Notes: generated by a model from the sequence alone, not told the origin. DNA of 64,000 nt from an uncultured Flavobacteriaceae bacterium (GCA_963975205.1 CAXBFU010000006.1:783-64782), one strand, 5' to 3'; shown: positions 19,093 to 29,732, counted from the stretch's first letter. Program-made: numbers and translations.

Positions 19093-20379
19093 TTAGTTTC
19101 CTTCATATTTATTTTTATAACGTTTCCAAAGCTCAGTTTGATGCGTTTCTAAGCTGATTTCACGACCATCAATAAACGCATGGGTTAGTTGATTTCCTTT
19201 CATATCCAAAGCATCTCCTTCGCTAACAAACAAAGTCGCAGATTTACCAACTTCAATGGTTCCTAACATCTCATCAATACCTAATATTTTGGCAATGTTA
19301 GAAGTAATTAATTTTAGTGCATCTTCTTTAGCCATACCTTGCCCAACGACTTGTCCAGCATAAAACGGTAAGTTACGTGTTTGGAAGTTAGAGTTACTTC
19401 CTGTATGAATGCCAACTAATACTCCAGCGTCTGCCAGAAGTTTTGGATTTTTGTATGGCAAATCATAATCATGATCGGACGTTGCAGGTAAGCTATGCGT
19501 GTGGTCTATTAACACAGGAATATTATTGTTTTTTAGCAAACCACTAACAGTATGCGCTTGATAACCTCCAACCACAACCATTGTCATTCCATTTTCAATA
19601 GCGAAATTTACAGCATCTGTAATCCCTTTTTCGTCATTAACATGAACATACAGTTTCTGTGAACCATCAAATAAGCCTTCCATAGCTTCAAAAGGAATAT
19701 TTTTGGTAGCTCGCTTTCCTTTTAAGTAGGCTTTACTTTCTTTTACAAAAGCAATAATGCCTTCAACTTGTTTAGCATAATTGTTATTTGGTCTTAAGCC
19801 TCTAGGCTCACCAAGCCACCAACGACCTCTCGAAAAACTACTTGGCCAATTAAGATGTACACCATCATCTGCTTTAATGGCTGCGTCTTGCCAGTTCCAA
19901 GCATCTAATTGCATAATGGAAGATGTTCCTGAGAACGTTCCGCCATTTGGAGATACTTGAGCTGTTAAAATTCCATTTGGTCGCATGGATTCTATCACTT
20001 TAGACTCTGCGTTATAAGCCACTAAACTACGAACATGCGGAATCATGCTTCCCATTTCTCGTTGGTCATTACTTGCGTTTACAGCATCAACTTCAACAAG
20101 ACCTAAGCTCGTGTTTGCTCCAATAAAACCAGGATAAATATGCTTGCCTGAACCATTTATAACAGTTCCTTTTGTTGCAGTACTTGAGCTTCCAACAGCT
20201 TGAATTTTACCATTTTCAAAAACAACAGTTCCGTTTTCAATAACAGTTCCGTTTCCAACATGAATCGTTGCACCTGTAATGCTAATAGCCTGACTTTGGG
20301 TGTCTGCAGGTGTTTGTTGCGCAAACGAAAGTGTGCAACTTAACATTAAAATTGAGTATATATATTTTATGTGTCTCAT
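19093..20379 (-). CDS. secreted amidohydrolase-fold protein (canonical HxH position degenerate)
   Basis: 428 aa with a signal peptide. It has amidohydrolase-like layout (GKHIYPGFIGANTSLG at the position of PGxIDxHxH; C-terminal GTIEVGKSATLFV and FIDGRE). Confidence 0.7.
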   Translation of the reverse strand: MRHIKYIYSILMLSCTLSFAQQTPADTQSQAISITGATIHVGNGTVIENGTVVFENGKIQAVGSSSTATKGTVINGSGKHIYPGFIGANTSLGLVEVDAVNASNDQREMGSMIPHVRSLVAYNAESKVIESMRPNGILTAQVSPNGGTFSGTSSIMQLDAWNWQDAAIKADDGVHLNWPSSFSRGRWWLGEPRGLRPNNNYAKQVEGIIAFVKESKAYLKGKRATKNIPFEAMEGLFDGSQKLYVHVNDEKGITDAVNFAIENGMTMVVVGGYQAHTVSGLLKNNNIPVLIDHTHSLPATSDHDYDLPYKNPKLLADAGVLVGIHTGSNSNFQTRNLPFYAGQVVGQGMAKEDALKLITSNIAKILGIDEMLGTIEVGKSATLFVSEGDALDMKGNQLTHAFIDGREISLETHQTELWKRYKNKYEGN

Positions 20380-20384
20380 AATTT

Positions 20385-23369
20385 CTAGTTTTGTTCCATT
20401 GAATCACATTCAAGGAGTTGCTTATCTTTTGCTTTTATAGGTTGTGTTTTCATGCCTTTGTTTTTCTCCTGCATCATCATTGTCATTAATTCACTGCGCT
20501 CTTTTTTAATTTTAGAACGCATTTGCTTATCCTTATCAATATCAAAATAAGTAGCACCTTCAATCATAGTTCTTTCAGCTTTAGCATATACCGACAATGG
20601 ATTATCGTCCCATAATACAACATCAGCATCTTTGCCAACTTTAATACTTCCAACGCGATTGTCTATGTGTAACAATTTGGCTGGATTAAGGGTTACCATT
20701 TTCCAGGCATCTTCTTCACTTACTCCTCCATATTTTACAGTTTTTGCAGCTTCTTGGTTTAAGCGTCTAGACATTTCACCAGAATCGCTGTTAATAGCAG
20801 TTGTAATACCAACATTGTGCATAATCGATGCATTGTAAGGAATAGCGTCGTTTACTTCAAACTTGTAAGCCCACCAATCACTAAAAGTAGAAGCACCAAC
20901 ACCATGCTCTTTCATGATGTCTGCCACTTTATAACCTTCTAGGATATGAGTGAAAGTATTCATTTTGAAATTGAATTTTTCCGCTACTTTCATCATCATA
21001 TTGATTTCACTTTGAACATATGAATGACAAGAAATAAAGCGTTCTCCATTCAATATTTCTGCTAAAGTTTCCAATTCTATATCGTAGCGATATGGTTGGC
21101 CATTTTTCTTTTTGGCATCATATTCTTGAGCTCTTGTAAAGTAATCGGTAAATAATTGTTCAACACCCATTCTGGTTCTAGGGAAGCGCGTTCCATTTTG
21201 AGAACGTGATTGTTTAACATTTTCACCAAGAGCAAATTTTATAAACTTTGGTGCATTTTTATTGATGAGCCCATCAGCAGTTTCTCCCCATTTTAATTTA
21301 ATGATTGCTGAACGTCCTCCAATTGGATTTGCAGAACCATGCAGAATTTGTATTGAGGTAACGCCACCTGCGAGGTTTCTATATATATTAACATCTTCAG
21401 GATCAATGACATCTTCAATGCTTACTTCAGCTGAAGAGTTTTGACCACCTTCGTTAATGCTGGCAGCAGCAATATGAGAATGCTCGTCTATTATTCCAGC
21501 TGTTAAATGTTTTCCTGTGGCATCCACGACTTTTGCACCACTAGCGCTCAAGTTGTTTCCTATTTTGGAAATCTTTCCGTTTTTAACTAACACATCAGTG
21601 TTTTGAAGGATGCCTTCAGATTCGTTAGTCCAAACCGTTGCATTTTTAAATAGAATAGTTTCTTGTTGAGGTAATTCTGAAACACCATAGGCACCATTAG
21701 GATAGGTAACTGGCATCATTTTAATCTCCTTGCTTGAACCTCCTCGTTTGTTCATTCCATCTTTTTTGGAATCATCATCACTAGAAGATTTAACAGCGCT
21801 TACATAAGCTATATTTCCATTTGGATCAATAATTTTTCCACTTAAATTATCATTTTGATTAATTCTTGAGGTAAAGCGTATAAATTCCTGTTGTGTTGTG
21901 TCTATACTTGTAAAGGTTAGGTTTACCCAATTGTCTTTATAAGAAATTTTAGATCCTAATTGCTTGCCATTACTTTTTACATCAGATTTTGGTTTGCTTG
22001 CAGAACCTGAAATTTTAATATCATACGTTTTGCCTGCTATGGTAAATGAGTAATTCCCATCGATGTCTTTAATGTTCATATCCTTAATAATATCTCTATC
22101 ACCTTTTACCCAGTTTTCATAAAGTGTCGTACTCTTATCAAAAATATCTCCAGAGGTTATCAGGAAATTAGCATAAGCTCCATTTTTTAAAGAACCAATT
22201 TTATTGGATTGTCCTAACACTTGTGCAGGAACGATTGTAAGTGCTTCTAATGCTTTGGTCTTATCTAGACCATATTCAATGGCTTTCATTAAATTAGCTT
22301 TTAGCATACTTGGAGATTTTAAACCATCAGTTGTAAAGGTAAATCGGATGCCATTATCTGCCAATGCTTTTGGATTCGATGGTTTTTGATTCCATTCGCG
22401 CATTGCTGAAAGCTCTAATACACTTGCTGCAAACGTATCTTCTACATCATAAGCATTAGGAAAGTTAAGTGGTAAAATATACGTGGCATTTGTGGTTTTA
22501 ATATCTTTAATACGTTCATATTCATCGCCTCCTCCTACAATCACATATTGAGTACCAAATTCATCACCTACTTTATCAACCCTCAAAGCATTTGCCTTAC
22601 TGCCAGCAACAAAGATTTTTACTAGACCTTTATTGTTGTTAAAGGCTTCTAAAGAGCGATCAGTGATTTTAATTCCTCCTTTTGCGTACCAAGTTGCATC
22701 ATGGTTAACCTGTCTAATTAATGCTAAAGAGCCCATTAAGGAATTAGGATACGATTGACGCGACTTTAAACTTTTACTTAATGATAAGTAAGCGGCAGAC
22801 CTGTCGTCTAAAATACGTTCGGCATCACTACCTTTTGATGTCAATGCAACCAGTGCTCCAGTACCTCGCATGATGCCGTCTTGAAGATGTGTGTTCACCA
22901 CACCAAATCCAGCTTTGCGTAAAGCCGAAGCGGTTTTGGCATCATACTTAAAATGGTCAACTGCGTTTTGCTCTGGTCTGATGTGATCGTTCCAGTAAAA
23001 TCCTTCTCTTGAAGCATCATACTGTCCACCACCAAATCTAAATCCTCCTCCTTGACGTTTTGGTTTTTCAACTCCAAAACTGGAATAAATATCAATGAAT
23101 GAAGGATAAATACTTTTACCTGAAACATCAATAACAACAGCATTTGCAGGAATGTTTACTGACGTTCCAGTAGCTACCACTTTCCCATCATGGATGAGTA
23201 AGGTGCCTTTGTCAATTACTTGTGTTGGCGTCACAAAAATCTTAGCATTTGTAAATGCTGTGTAGTTTGTGTTTATTGATTTTACGCCATCATTTTTCGG
23301 AAAATGCTCTTGTGCTACAAGTGAAAATGAGCACATAAGCATCATTAAAATAAGATACTTTTTAATCAT
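20385..23369 (-). CDS. secreted two-module amidohydrolase family protein
   Basis: 994 aa with a signal peptide. The N-terminal module has a degenerate site (YPSFIDIYSSFG). The C-terminal module has the canonical metal site (LTAGIIDEHSHIAAAS) and GSIKVGKDADVVLWD. Confidence 0.75.
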   Translation of the reverse strand: MIKKYLILMMLMCSFSLVAQEHFPKNDGVKSINTNYTAFTNAKIFVTPTQVIDKGTLLIHDGKVVATGTSVNIPANAVVIDVSGKSIYPSFIDIYSSFGVEKPKRQGGGFRFGGGQYDASREGFYWNDHIRPEQNAVDHFKYDAKTASALRKAGFGVVNTHLQDGIMRGTGALVALTSKGSDAERILDDRSAAYLSLSKSLKSRQSYPNSLMGSLALIRQVNHDATWYAKGGIKITDRSLEAFNNNKGLVKIFVAGSKANALRVDKVGDEFGTQYVIVGGGDEYERIKDIKTTNATYILPLNFPNAYDVEDTFAASVLELSAMREWNQKPSNPKALADNGIRFTFTTDGLKSPSMLKANLMKAIEYGLDKTKALEALTIVPAQVLGQSNKIGSLKNGAYANFLITSGDIFDKSTTLYENWVKGDRDIIKDMNIKDIDGNYSFTIAGKTYDIKISGSASKPKSDVKSNGKQLGSKISYKDNWVNLTFTSIDTTQQEFIRFTSRINQNDNLSGKIIDPNGNIAYVSAVKSSSDDDSKKDGMNKRGGSSKEIKMMPVTYPNGAYGVSELPQQETILFKNATVWTNESEGILQNTDVLVKNGKISKIGNNLSASGAKVVDATGKHLTAGIIDEHSHIAAASINEGGQNSSAEVSIEDVIDPEDVNIYRNLAGGVTSIQILHGSANPIGGRSAIIKLKWGETADGLINKNAPKFIKFALGENVKQSRSQNGTRFPRTRMGVEQLFTDYFTRAQEYDAKKKNGQPYRYDIELETLAEILNGERFISCHSYVQSEINMMMKVAEKFNFKMNTFTHILEGYKVADIMKEHGVGASTFSDWWAYKFEVNDAIPYNASIMHNVGITTAINSDSGEMSRRLNQEAAKTVKYGGVSEEDAWKMVTLNPAKLLHIDNRVGSIKVGKDADVVLWDDNPLSVYAKAERTMIEGATYFDIDKDKQMRSKIKKERSELMTMMMQEKNKGMKTQPIKAKDKQLLECDSMEQN

Positions 23370-23450
23370 ATTTAGTTGGTAATAAATTAGAACTATAAAT
23401 ATAACGATTGTGAGAGAAGTAAAGCGACGTTATGATATTTTTAACGTTTT

Positions 23451-24521
23451 TTAGATAGGCTTTTCCTTATAATAATTTACCAATAATGCAACTGCGTAAC
23501 TATAGCTTTCAATGCCTTTATCTTGATTGTTTGCTTTTAAAAAATTACTATAGATAACTTTAAAAACAGGTTCTAACGGATTTTTATATTTGTTCCAAAA
23601 GGTATATGATTCTTGAAAATTAAGTAAGATTCCTTTGTTGATTTTTGTTTTTAATAATTCGAAACTTTCTTTATCACGTCTGTAAACTTCATTTAAGCAT
23701 TGTCTTAAGGCTGATACATACCCTGAATATTTATAATATATATCAGGGTTGTTTATAGAAGCTAGATAGCCAATAAAATTAGTTTCGTTTTCGGCAGCAT
23801 AGCCTAATTGATGTGCTTGTTCATGACATGCTGTTGCTGGATATTGATATAATGGAATTAAACCATCGATTTGTGCTTCGTTGGTAAATGGATTTAAGTA
23901 ACCACTAAACCCCATATAGGTAAGAGGTAAACTATAAATGGATTTTTTAATACTTTTTGCTTTATAGGCAAAAATGGGATGCTCCTTTGCAATTACCTTA
24001 TATCCATCCATTGTTTTGTTAAATAATTCTTTTTTACTGTATGGAACTTTTACTTTAACGGAATCATTGCCTGTAATGGCGAAGTGAATAGCATTGGATT
24101 TTTCAACAAACGCTTCTGTTACATTAATTAATTCCTCAGTTGAATATTTATAATCGATGTCCAGCGATTTGTGTAGGGGAATTCGATAATAATTCATTCC
24201 CCAAAATACATGAAATGCCAAATACACTATTGAAACTGTCGAAAACACATCAACAAACCAATTTTTTGTGTCAAATCTTAGGCGTTTTCTATGTAATATA
24301 AACCATCGTATAATATAAACTCCAGCAATAGTATAAAGTATATCTCCTATTGAGAAAGGAATCCAACCAAAAACGTAGCGTAGTATTTTTGAAGTAAATT
24401 GATACACACCATTGCTATAATAGGCTTCAATAAACTCTGGATAATTAGCCAATAGCTTTACAATGATAAATTGTGGTATAATACTTAAAGCGATTATTAG
24501 TTTTTTCTTGTTCAGCATCAT
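23451..24521 (-). CDS. DUF3810-like membrane-anchored putative zinc peptidase
   Basis: 356 aa. Has N-terminal TM segments and an HEQAHQLGY (HExxH) motif followed by ENETNFIGY. Confidence 0.65.
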   Translation of the reverse strand: MMLNKKKLIIALSIIPQFIIVKLLANYPEFIEAYYSNGVYQFTSKILRYVFGWIPFSIGDILYTIAGVYIIRWFILHRKRLRFDTKNWFVDVFSTVSIVYLAFHVFWGMNYYRIPLHKSLDIDYKYSTEELINVTEAFVEKSNAIHFAITGNDSVKVKVPYSKKELFNKTMDGYKVIAKEHPIFAYKAKSIKKSIYSLPLTYMGFSGYLNPFTNEAQIDGLIPLYQYPATACHEQAHQLGYAAENETNFIGYLASINNPDIYYKYSGYVSALRQCLNEVYRRDKESFELLKTKINKGILLNFQESYTFWNKYKNPLEPVFKVIYSNFLKANNQDKGIESYSYAVALLVNYYKEKPI

Positions 24522-24564
24522 TCAAAAATACACAATAGTTTAACAATTCTTTTATTTACTTACA

Positions 24565-24572
24565 TACCTTTG
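24565..24572 (+). promoter_or_regulatory. candidate Bacteroidota -7 promoter box (TAnnTTTG) for pepD
   Basis: TACCTTTG lies 21 nt upstream of ATG 24594. I see no clear -33 TTTG at canonical spacing. Confidence 0.3.
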
Positions 24573-24593
24573 TAAAACTTAATTAATAGATAC

Positions 24594-26048
24594 ATGAATT
24601 CAGAAATAAGAAACCTTGAACCTAAAGAATTGTGGAATAAATTCGCCGATTTAAATGCAGTCCCAAGACCTTCCAAAAATGAAGAACGTGTGATTGCGTT
24701 TATGAAAAATTTTGGAAAAAATTTAGGGCTTAAAACCATCGTTGATGAAGTTGGAAATGTGATTATCAAAAAACCTGCTTCCAAAGGAATGGAAAATAGA
24801 AAACCAATTGTAATGCAGTCGCATTTAGATATGGTACATCAAAAAAATGCAGATACCAAATTTGATTTTGATACACAAGGAATTGATATGTTTATTGATG
24901 GTGACTGGGTTAAAGCAAAAGGAACAACACTTGGAGCAGACAATGGTTTAGGTGTAGCTACAATTATGGCGATTTTAGAAAGTAATGTTATTGCACATCC
25001 TGCTATCGAAGCACTGTTTACTATTGATGAAGAAACAGGAATGACAGGCGCTATGGGTTTAAAAGGCGGATTGTTGAAAGGTGAAATTTTATTGAATTTA
25101 GATACAGAGGAAGATGATGAAATAGGAGTTGGATGTGCTGGTGGAATAGATGTTACAGCAACTAGAACTTATGCTGAAGAGGACGTGCCTGAAGATTTCA
25201 TTGCCTATAAAATTGAAGTTAAAGGGCTTAACGGAGGGCACTCAGGAATGCAAATTCACGAAGGTTTAGGCAATGCAAACAAAATAATGAACAGGTTGCT
25301 TTATTCTGTAATAAATGCAATTCAAATTTCAGAAATTGATGGAGGAGGATTGCGAAATGCCATACCACGAGAAAGTATTTCGGTTGTGGTTTCAGATAGA
25401 AATAATGACAGATTCATCGAGTTTACTCTTCTTGAAGAAATTGAAAACATAAAGAAGGAATTCAAGACAACTGAGCCTAATCTAGATATTACATTTGGTT
25501 CAACAGAAATGCCTTCTAAAATGGTTGAAAGCGATTTTGGTAGAAATTTTATTAAAGCAATTTATGCTGCTCATAATGGAGTGTTTAGAATGAGTGCTGA
25601 TATTCCTGACTTGGTGGAGACATCCAATAACATTGCAAGAGTATTAGTGGAGGATGGTGGCATTAAAATATTGTGCTTGACTCGCTCGTCGGTTGAGTCT
25701 TCAAAAATGGACTTAGCTAACAAACTACGTTCAACATTTGAGTTGATAGGTTGTGATGTTGAGTTTTCTGGCAACTATCCAGGATGGACACCCAATATGG
25801 AGTCTTCTATATTAAAAGTGATGCGAGAACTATATGTTAAACTAAATAATGAAGAACCTCATGTAGCAGCTTGTCATGCAGGATTGGAATGTGGAATTTT
25901 AGGAACTAATTACCCAGAAATGGAAATGATTAGCTTTGGTCCTAATATTAAAGGAGCCCACTCACCAGATGAACGAGCTCAAATATCTTCGGTTAAAAAA
26001 TATTGGGAATTTGTTTTGGAAATACTTAAAAGCATTCCAAAGAAATAA
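24594..26048 (+). CDS. pepD: aminoacyl-histidine dipeptidase (Xaa-His dipeptidase, M20C)
   Basis: 484 aa. Has the PRPSKNEERV N-terminal signature, MQSHLDMV, TIDEETGMTGA and GAHSPDERAQI. Confidence 0.9.
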   Translation: MNSEIRNLEPKELWNKFADLNAVPRPSKNEERVIAFMKNFGKNLGLKTIVDEVGNVIIKKPASKGMENRKPIVMQSHLDMVHQKNADTKFDFDTQGIDMFIDGDWVKAKGTTLGADNGLGVATIMAILESNVIAHPAIEALFTIDEETGMTGAMGLKGGLLKGEILLNLDTEEDDEIGVGCAGGIDVTATRTYAEEDVPEDFIAYKIEVKGLNGGHSGMQIHEGLGNANKIMNRLLYSVINAIQISEIDGGGLRNAIPRESISVVVSDRNNDRFIEFTLLEEIENIKKEFKTTEPNLDITFGSTEMPSKMVESDFGRNFIKAIYAAHNGVFRMSADIPDLVETSNNIARVLVEDGGIKILCLTRSSVESSKMDLANKLRSTFELIGCDVEFSGNYPGWTPNMESSILKVMRELYVKLNNEEPHVAACHAGLECGILGTNYPEMEMISFGPNIKGAHSPDERAQISSVKKYWEFVLEILKSIPKK

Positions 26049-26087
26049 GAAGGATGTAGTTAATTTAGCTGCTTTTTTATCATTTTG

Positions 26088-26116
26088 CCTTTGTTGGTGT
26101 TTTTTACCAACAAAGG
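26088..26116 (+). other. stable hairpin without a U-tract downstream of pepD
   Basis: CCTTTGTTGGT-gtttttt-ACCAACAAAGG is a perfect 11-bp stem. There is no flanking T-run on either strand. Confidence 0.35.
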
Positions 26117-26164
26117 TGAAAATAATTACAAAATCTGTTCGTAAAAAACACCTGACTTTGCTCA

Positions 26165-26198
26165 CAAAAAAACCAGAGAGGATAATTTCTCTGGTTTA
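26165..26198 (-). terminator. rho-independent terminator downstream of secA
   Basis: Arms aaccagaga (26171-26179) and tctctggtt (26189-26197). On the minus strand the stem is followed by TTTTTTTG. Confidence 0.6.
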
Positions 26199-26270
26199 AT
26201 ATAATTTTTTTAAAAATTGTCAACCTATTCTAGGACGACTCAGAGATTCGCTGCTTTAGCAGGAAAATTA

Positions 26271-29200
26271 TTAATCTTCAACCAAAACCCAATCACCTTT
26301 GGTAATTAAAGGTTCTGCTTGTTTATATTTTAAGGTTTTGCTTTCACCACTAATTACATTTTTAATCGTTATGCGATCGTTACGTCCAATTTTTGGTCTA
26401 TCACGTACAATGGTTTCTACCACTTGTTGTTGACGCTGTGTGTTTCCTGCAGCTCTAGATTCAGCAGAACGCTCATCTAAGTTTTGAATTTCTTCTTTAG
26501 TTGTTTGTGTTTTTTCTCGTTTTCTCGCTTTAGCTTCTTGAATAGTATTTGCTGTTTCTTGTGGAATTTCACCTTTAAACAAGAAAGATATTACATCCTT
26601 GTTCACTTGGTCTATCATGGTTTTAAACAACTCAAACGACTCAAATTTGTAAATCAACAATGGATCTTTTTGCTCATGCACAGCTAATTGCACAGATTGT
26701 TTTAACTCGTCCATTTTACGAAGATGTGTTTTCCATGCATCATCAATAATGGCTAATGATATGTTTTTTTCAAAATCGGTAATTAGTTGTTTTCCATTTG
26801 TTTCATACGCTTTTTCAAGATCAGTAATTACTTGTAAATTCTTAATGCCATCTGTAAAAGGAACAACAATACGTTTAAATCTATCACGTTGTGTCTTATA
26901 GACATTTTCTATAACTGGATATGCTAGTTCAGCATTACGTTCCATTTTCTCTTTGTAATGGTTAAATGCTGCTTTGTAAATAGTTAATGAAATTTCTTTA
27001 TCTGAAAGTTTCTCAAATTCTACTTCAGTAATTGGAGAACTCATAGAGAAATAACGAATCAATTCAAATTCAAAATTCTTGAAATCGTTGGCATCTTTAT
27101 TGGTTTCTGCAATAATTTCAGATGTGTCAAAAATCATGTTGGCTAAATCCACACGTAAACGTTCGCCAAACAAAGCATGGTAACGACGTTTGTAAACCAC
27201 TTCACGTTGCGCGTTCATGACATCATCATACTCTAACAATCGCTTACGAACACCAAACTGGTTTTCCTCCACTTTTTTCTGAGCACGCTCAATAGATTTT
27301 GAAATCATGGAATGCTGAATCACTTCGCCTTCTTGTAATCCCATTCTATCCATCATTTTGGCAATACGTTCACTACCAAAAAGACGCATTAAGTTATCCT
27401 CTAACGATACGTAGAATTGTGAACTCCCTGGATCTCCTTGTCGTCCAGCACGACCACGTAATTGTCTGTCCACACGACGAGAATCATGACGTTCTGTACC
27501 AACAATGGCAAGACCTCCAGCTTTTTTTACTTCTTCAGATAGTTTAATATCTGTACCTCGACCAGCCATGTTGGTTGCTATGGTTACTTGCCCTGAATTT
27601 CCTGCTTCTGCAACAATTTCGGCTTCTTTTTTGTGTTGTTTTGCGTTAAGTACATTGTGGGAAATTTTTCTAATGCTTAGCATTTTACCCAATAGCTCAC
27701 TAATTTCAACAGAGGTTGTCCCAATTAAAACAGGTCGTCCAGCTTGCGAAAGTTTGGTTACTTCGTCAATAACTGCATTGTATTTTTCTCGTTTTGTTTT
27801 ATAAACCAAATCTTCTTTGTCATCACGAGCAATGGGACGATTGGTCGGAATTTCAACGACATCCAACTTGTATATTTCCCATAATTCGCCAGCTTCGGTA
27901 ACAGCAGTTCCTGTCATACCAGATAGTTTACGGTACATACGGAAATAGTTTTGCAAAGTAACAGTTGCGAAGGTTTGTGTAGCAGCTTCAATTTTTACAT
28001 TTTCTTTAGCTTCAATCGCTTGGTGTAAGCCATCGCTATAACGGCGACCATCCATAATACGACCAGTTTGCTCATCAACAATCATTACTTTATTCTCCAT
28101 GACAACATACTGAATGTCTTTTTCGAATAAAGCATAGGCTTTTAGGAGCTGGTTTAAGGTATGAATACGCTCAGATTTTACTCCAAAATCCCTAAATAAT
28201 TCTTCTTTTAAATTTGCTTCTTCTTCTGTTGAAAGACCTTGTGATTCGATTTTGGCAATTTCGGTTCCCATTTCTGGCATCACAAAAAAATCGGGATCAT
28301 CCTTACCAGAAAGGTATTCTACGCCTTTATCACTTAATTCAATTTGATTGTTCTTTTCATCAATTACATAGTACAATTCGGCATCTACCTTTGGCATTTC
28401 CCTATTGTTGTCTTGCATGTAAAAGTTCTCGGTTTTTTGCAAAAGCTGCTTAACACCTTCTTCACTCAAAAACTTTATGAGAGCTTTGTTTTTTGGGATG
28501 CCACGATACACACGAAGTAATTGAAACCCTCCTTCTTTAGTATCTCCTGCTGCAATGAGTTTTTTCGCTTCGGCTAAAACACCTGTTAAATATTTACGTT
28601 GTACGTTAACAATATCGTCAACTTTTGGTTTAAGTTCGTTAAACTCATGTCTGTCTCCTTGTGGAATTGGACCAGAAATGATTAATGGTGTACGTGCATC
28701 ATCAATAAGTACCGAATCGACTTCATCTACAATGGCGTAATGGTGTGGGCGTTGCACTAAATCGTCTGGTGAATGTGCCATATTATCACGTAAATAATCG
28801 AAGCCAAATTCATTATTTGTACCATAAGTGATATCTGCGTTATAGGCTTTTTTTCGTGAAGCGGAATTTGGTTGGTGATAATCTATACAATCGATACTTA
28901 AACCATGAAATTGAAAAATAGGAGCCATCCAAGCACTATCCCGTTTTGCTAAGTAATCATTTACAGTTACTAAGTGTACACCTTTTCCAGTTAAGGCATT
29001 TAAATATACAGGAAGTGTTGCCACTAGTGTTTTACCTTCTCCAGTTTGCATTTCGGCAATTTTACCTTGGTGCATTGCTATACCACCAATTAATTGCACA
29101 TCGTAATGTACCATGTCCCAGGTAATTGGTTTTCCAGCAGCATCCCATGAATTAGACCAAATAGCATTATCGCCTTCGAGTGTTACATAATCATTATCGC

Positions 29201-29624
29201 CAGAAACTTCTCTGTCAAAAGCATTGGCTTTTACCTTAATTTCTGTATTGTTTACAAAACGTTTAGCAGTTTCTTTAACTACAGCAAAAGCTTCAGGAAG
29301 AATACTATTTAACGTTTCTTCAGTAATATTGTATGAATCGTCTTTTAGTTTATCTATTTCAAGATAGATGTCTTCCTTTCTATCAATATCTTCCGTGGTA
29401 TCTGCTTCTTCTTGTAGCTTTATTATTTGATCCTCTATGCTTTTACGAGCATCGGCTATTTTAGATTTAAACTCTAAAGTTTTTGCTCTTAGTTCATCGT
29501 GCGATAAACATTCTAGTTGTGATTCAAAGGATTTTATTTGATTGACGATAGGCAGGATAGCCTTGACATCTTGTTTTGATTTGTCTCCGACAAATACTTT
29601 AAGTACAGAATTTAAAATACTCAT
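26271..29624 (-). CDS. secA: preprotein translocase ATPase SecA
   Basis: 1117 aa. Has MQTGEGKTLVATLP (Walker A), DEVDSVLIDDARTPLIISG and TNMAGRGTDIKL. Confidence 0.97.
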   Translation of the reverse strand: MSILNSVLKVFVGDKSKQDVKAILPIVNQIKSFESQLECLSHDELRAKTLEFKSKIADARKSIEDQIIKLQEEADTTEDIDRKEDIYLEIDKLKDDSYNITEETLNSILPEAFAVVKETAKRFVNNTEIKVKANAFDREVSGDNDYVTLEGDNAIWSNSWDAAGKPITWDMVHYDVQLIGGIAMHQGKIAEMQTGEGKTLVATLPVYLNALTGKGVHLVTVNDYLAKRDSAWMAPIFQFHGLSIDCIDYHQPNSASRKKAYNADITYGTNNEFGFDYLRDNMAHSPDDLVQRPHHYAIVDEVDSVLIDDARTPLIISGPIPQGDRHEFNELKPKVDDIVNVQRKYLTGVLAEAKKLIAAGDTKEGGFQLLRVYRGIPKNKALIKFLSEEGVKQLLQKTENFYMQDNNREMPKVDAELYYVIDEKNNQIELSDKGVEYLSGKDDPDFFVMPEMGTEIAKIESQGLSTEEEANLKEELFRDFGVKSERIHTLNQLLKAYALFEKDIQYVVMENKVMIVDEQTGRIMDGRRYSDGLHQAIEAKENVKIEAATQTFATVTLQNYFRMYRKLSGMTGTAVTEAGELWEIYKLDVVEIPTNRPIARDDKEDLVYKTKREKYNAVIDEVTKLSQAGRPVLIGTTSVEISELLGKMLSIRKISHNVLNAKQHKKEAEIVAEAGNSGQVTIATNMAGRGTDIKLSEEVKKAGGLAIVGTERHDSRRVDRQLRGRAGRQGDPGSSQFYVSLEDNLMRLFGSERIAKMMDRMGLQEGEVIQHSMISKSIERAQKKVEENQFGVRKRLLEYDDVMNAQREVVYKRRYHALFGERLRVDLANMIFDTSEIIAETNKDANDFKNFEFELIRYFSMSSPITEVEFEKLSDKEISLTIYKAAFNHYKEKMERNAELAYPVIENVYKTQRDRFKRIVVPFTDGIKNLQVITDLEKAYETNGKQLITDFEKNISLAIIDDAWKTHLRKMDELKQSVQLAVHEQKDPLLIYKFESFELFKTMIDQVNKDVISFLFKGEIPQETANTIQEAKARKREKTQTTKEEIQNLDERSAESRAAGNTQRQQQVVETIVRDRPKIGRNDRITIKNVISGESKTLKYKQAEPLITKGDWVLVED

Positions 29625-29662
29625 TATATCGATTTATTTTTAGTCTTTGATCAATAGGTAGT

Positions 29663-29670
29663 CAAAGATA
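29663..29670 (-). promoter_or_regulatory. candidate -7 promoter box (TAnnTTTG) for secA
   Basis: The minus strand reads TATCTTTG about 38 nt upstream of the secA ATG. The TTTG overlaps the 5' arm of a 7-bp inverted repeat (tctttga/tcaaaga, 29645-29668) in the leader. Confidence 0.3.
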
Positions 29671-29706
29671 CTACTTGTTGTTATGTTTAATGAAAAAATA
29701 ATGCAC

Positions 29707-29732
29707 AAAAAAAGTCTCTAGCGAGACTTTTT
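29707..29732 (-). terminator. rho-independent terminator downstream of the DUF2795 gene
   Basis: aaaaaaAGTCTC-tagc-GAGACTtttt. On the minus strand the stem is followed by a 7-T run. Confidence 0.65.

Noticed and set aside
25936-26199. 87-aa plus-strand ORF and 67-aa minus-strand ORF spanning the pepD-secA gap
   Set aside because: They begin inside the pepD 3' end in another frame and run through both hairpins. Their composition is non-protein-like.
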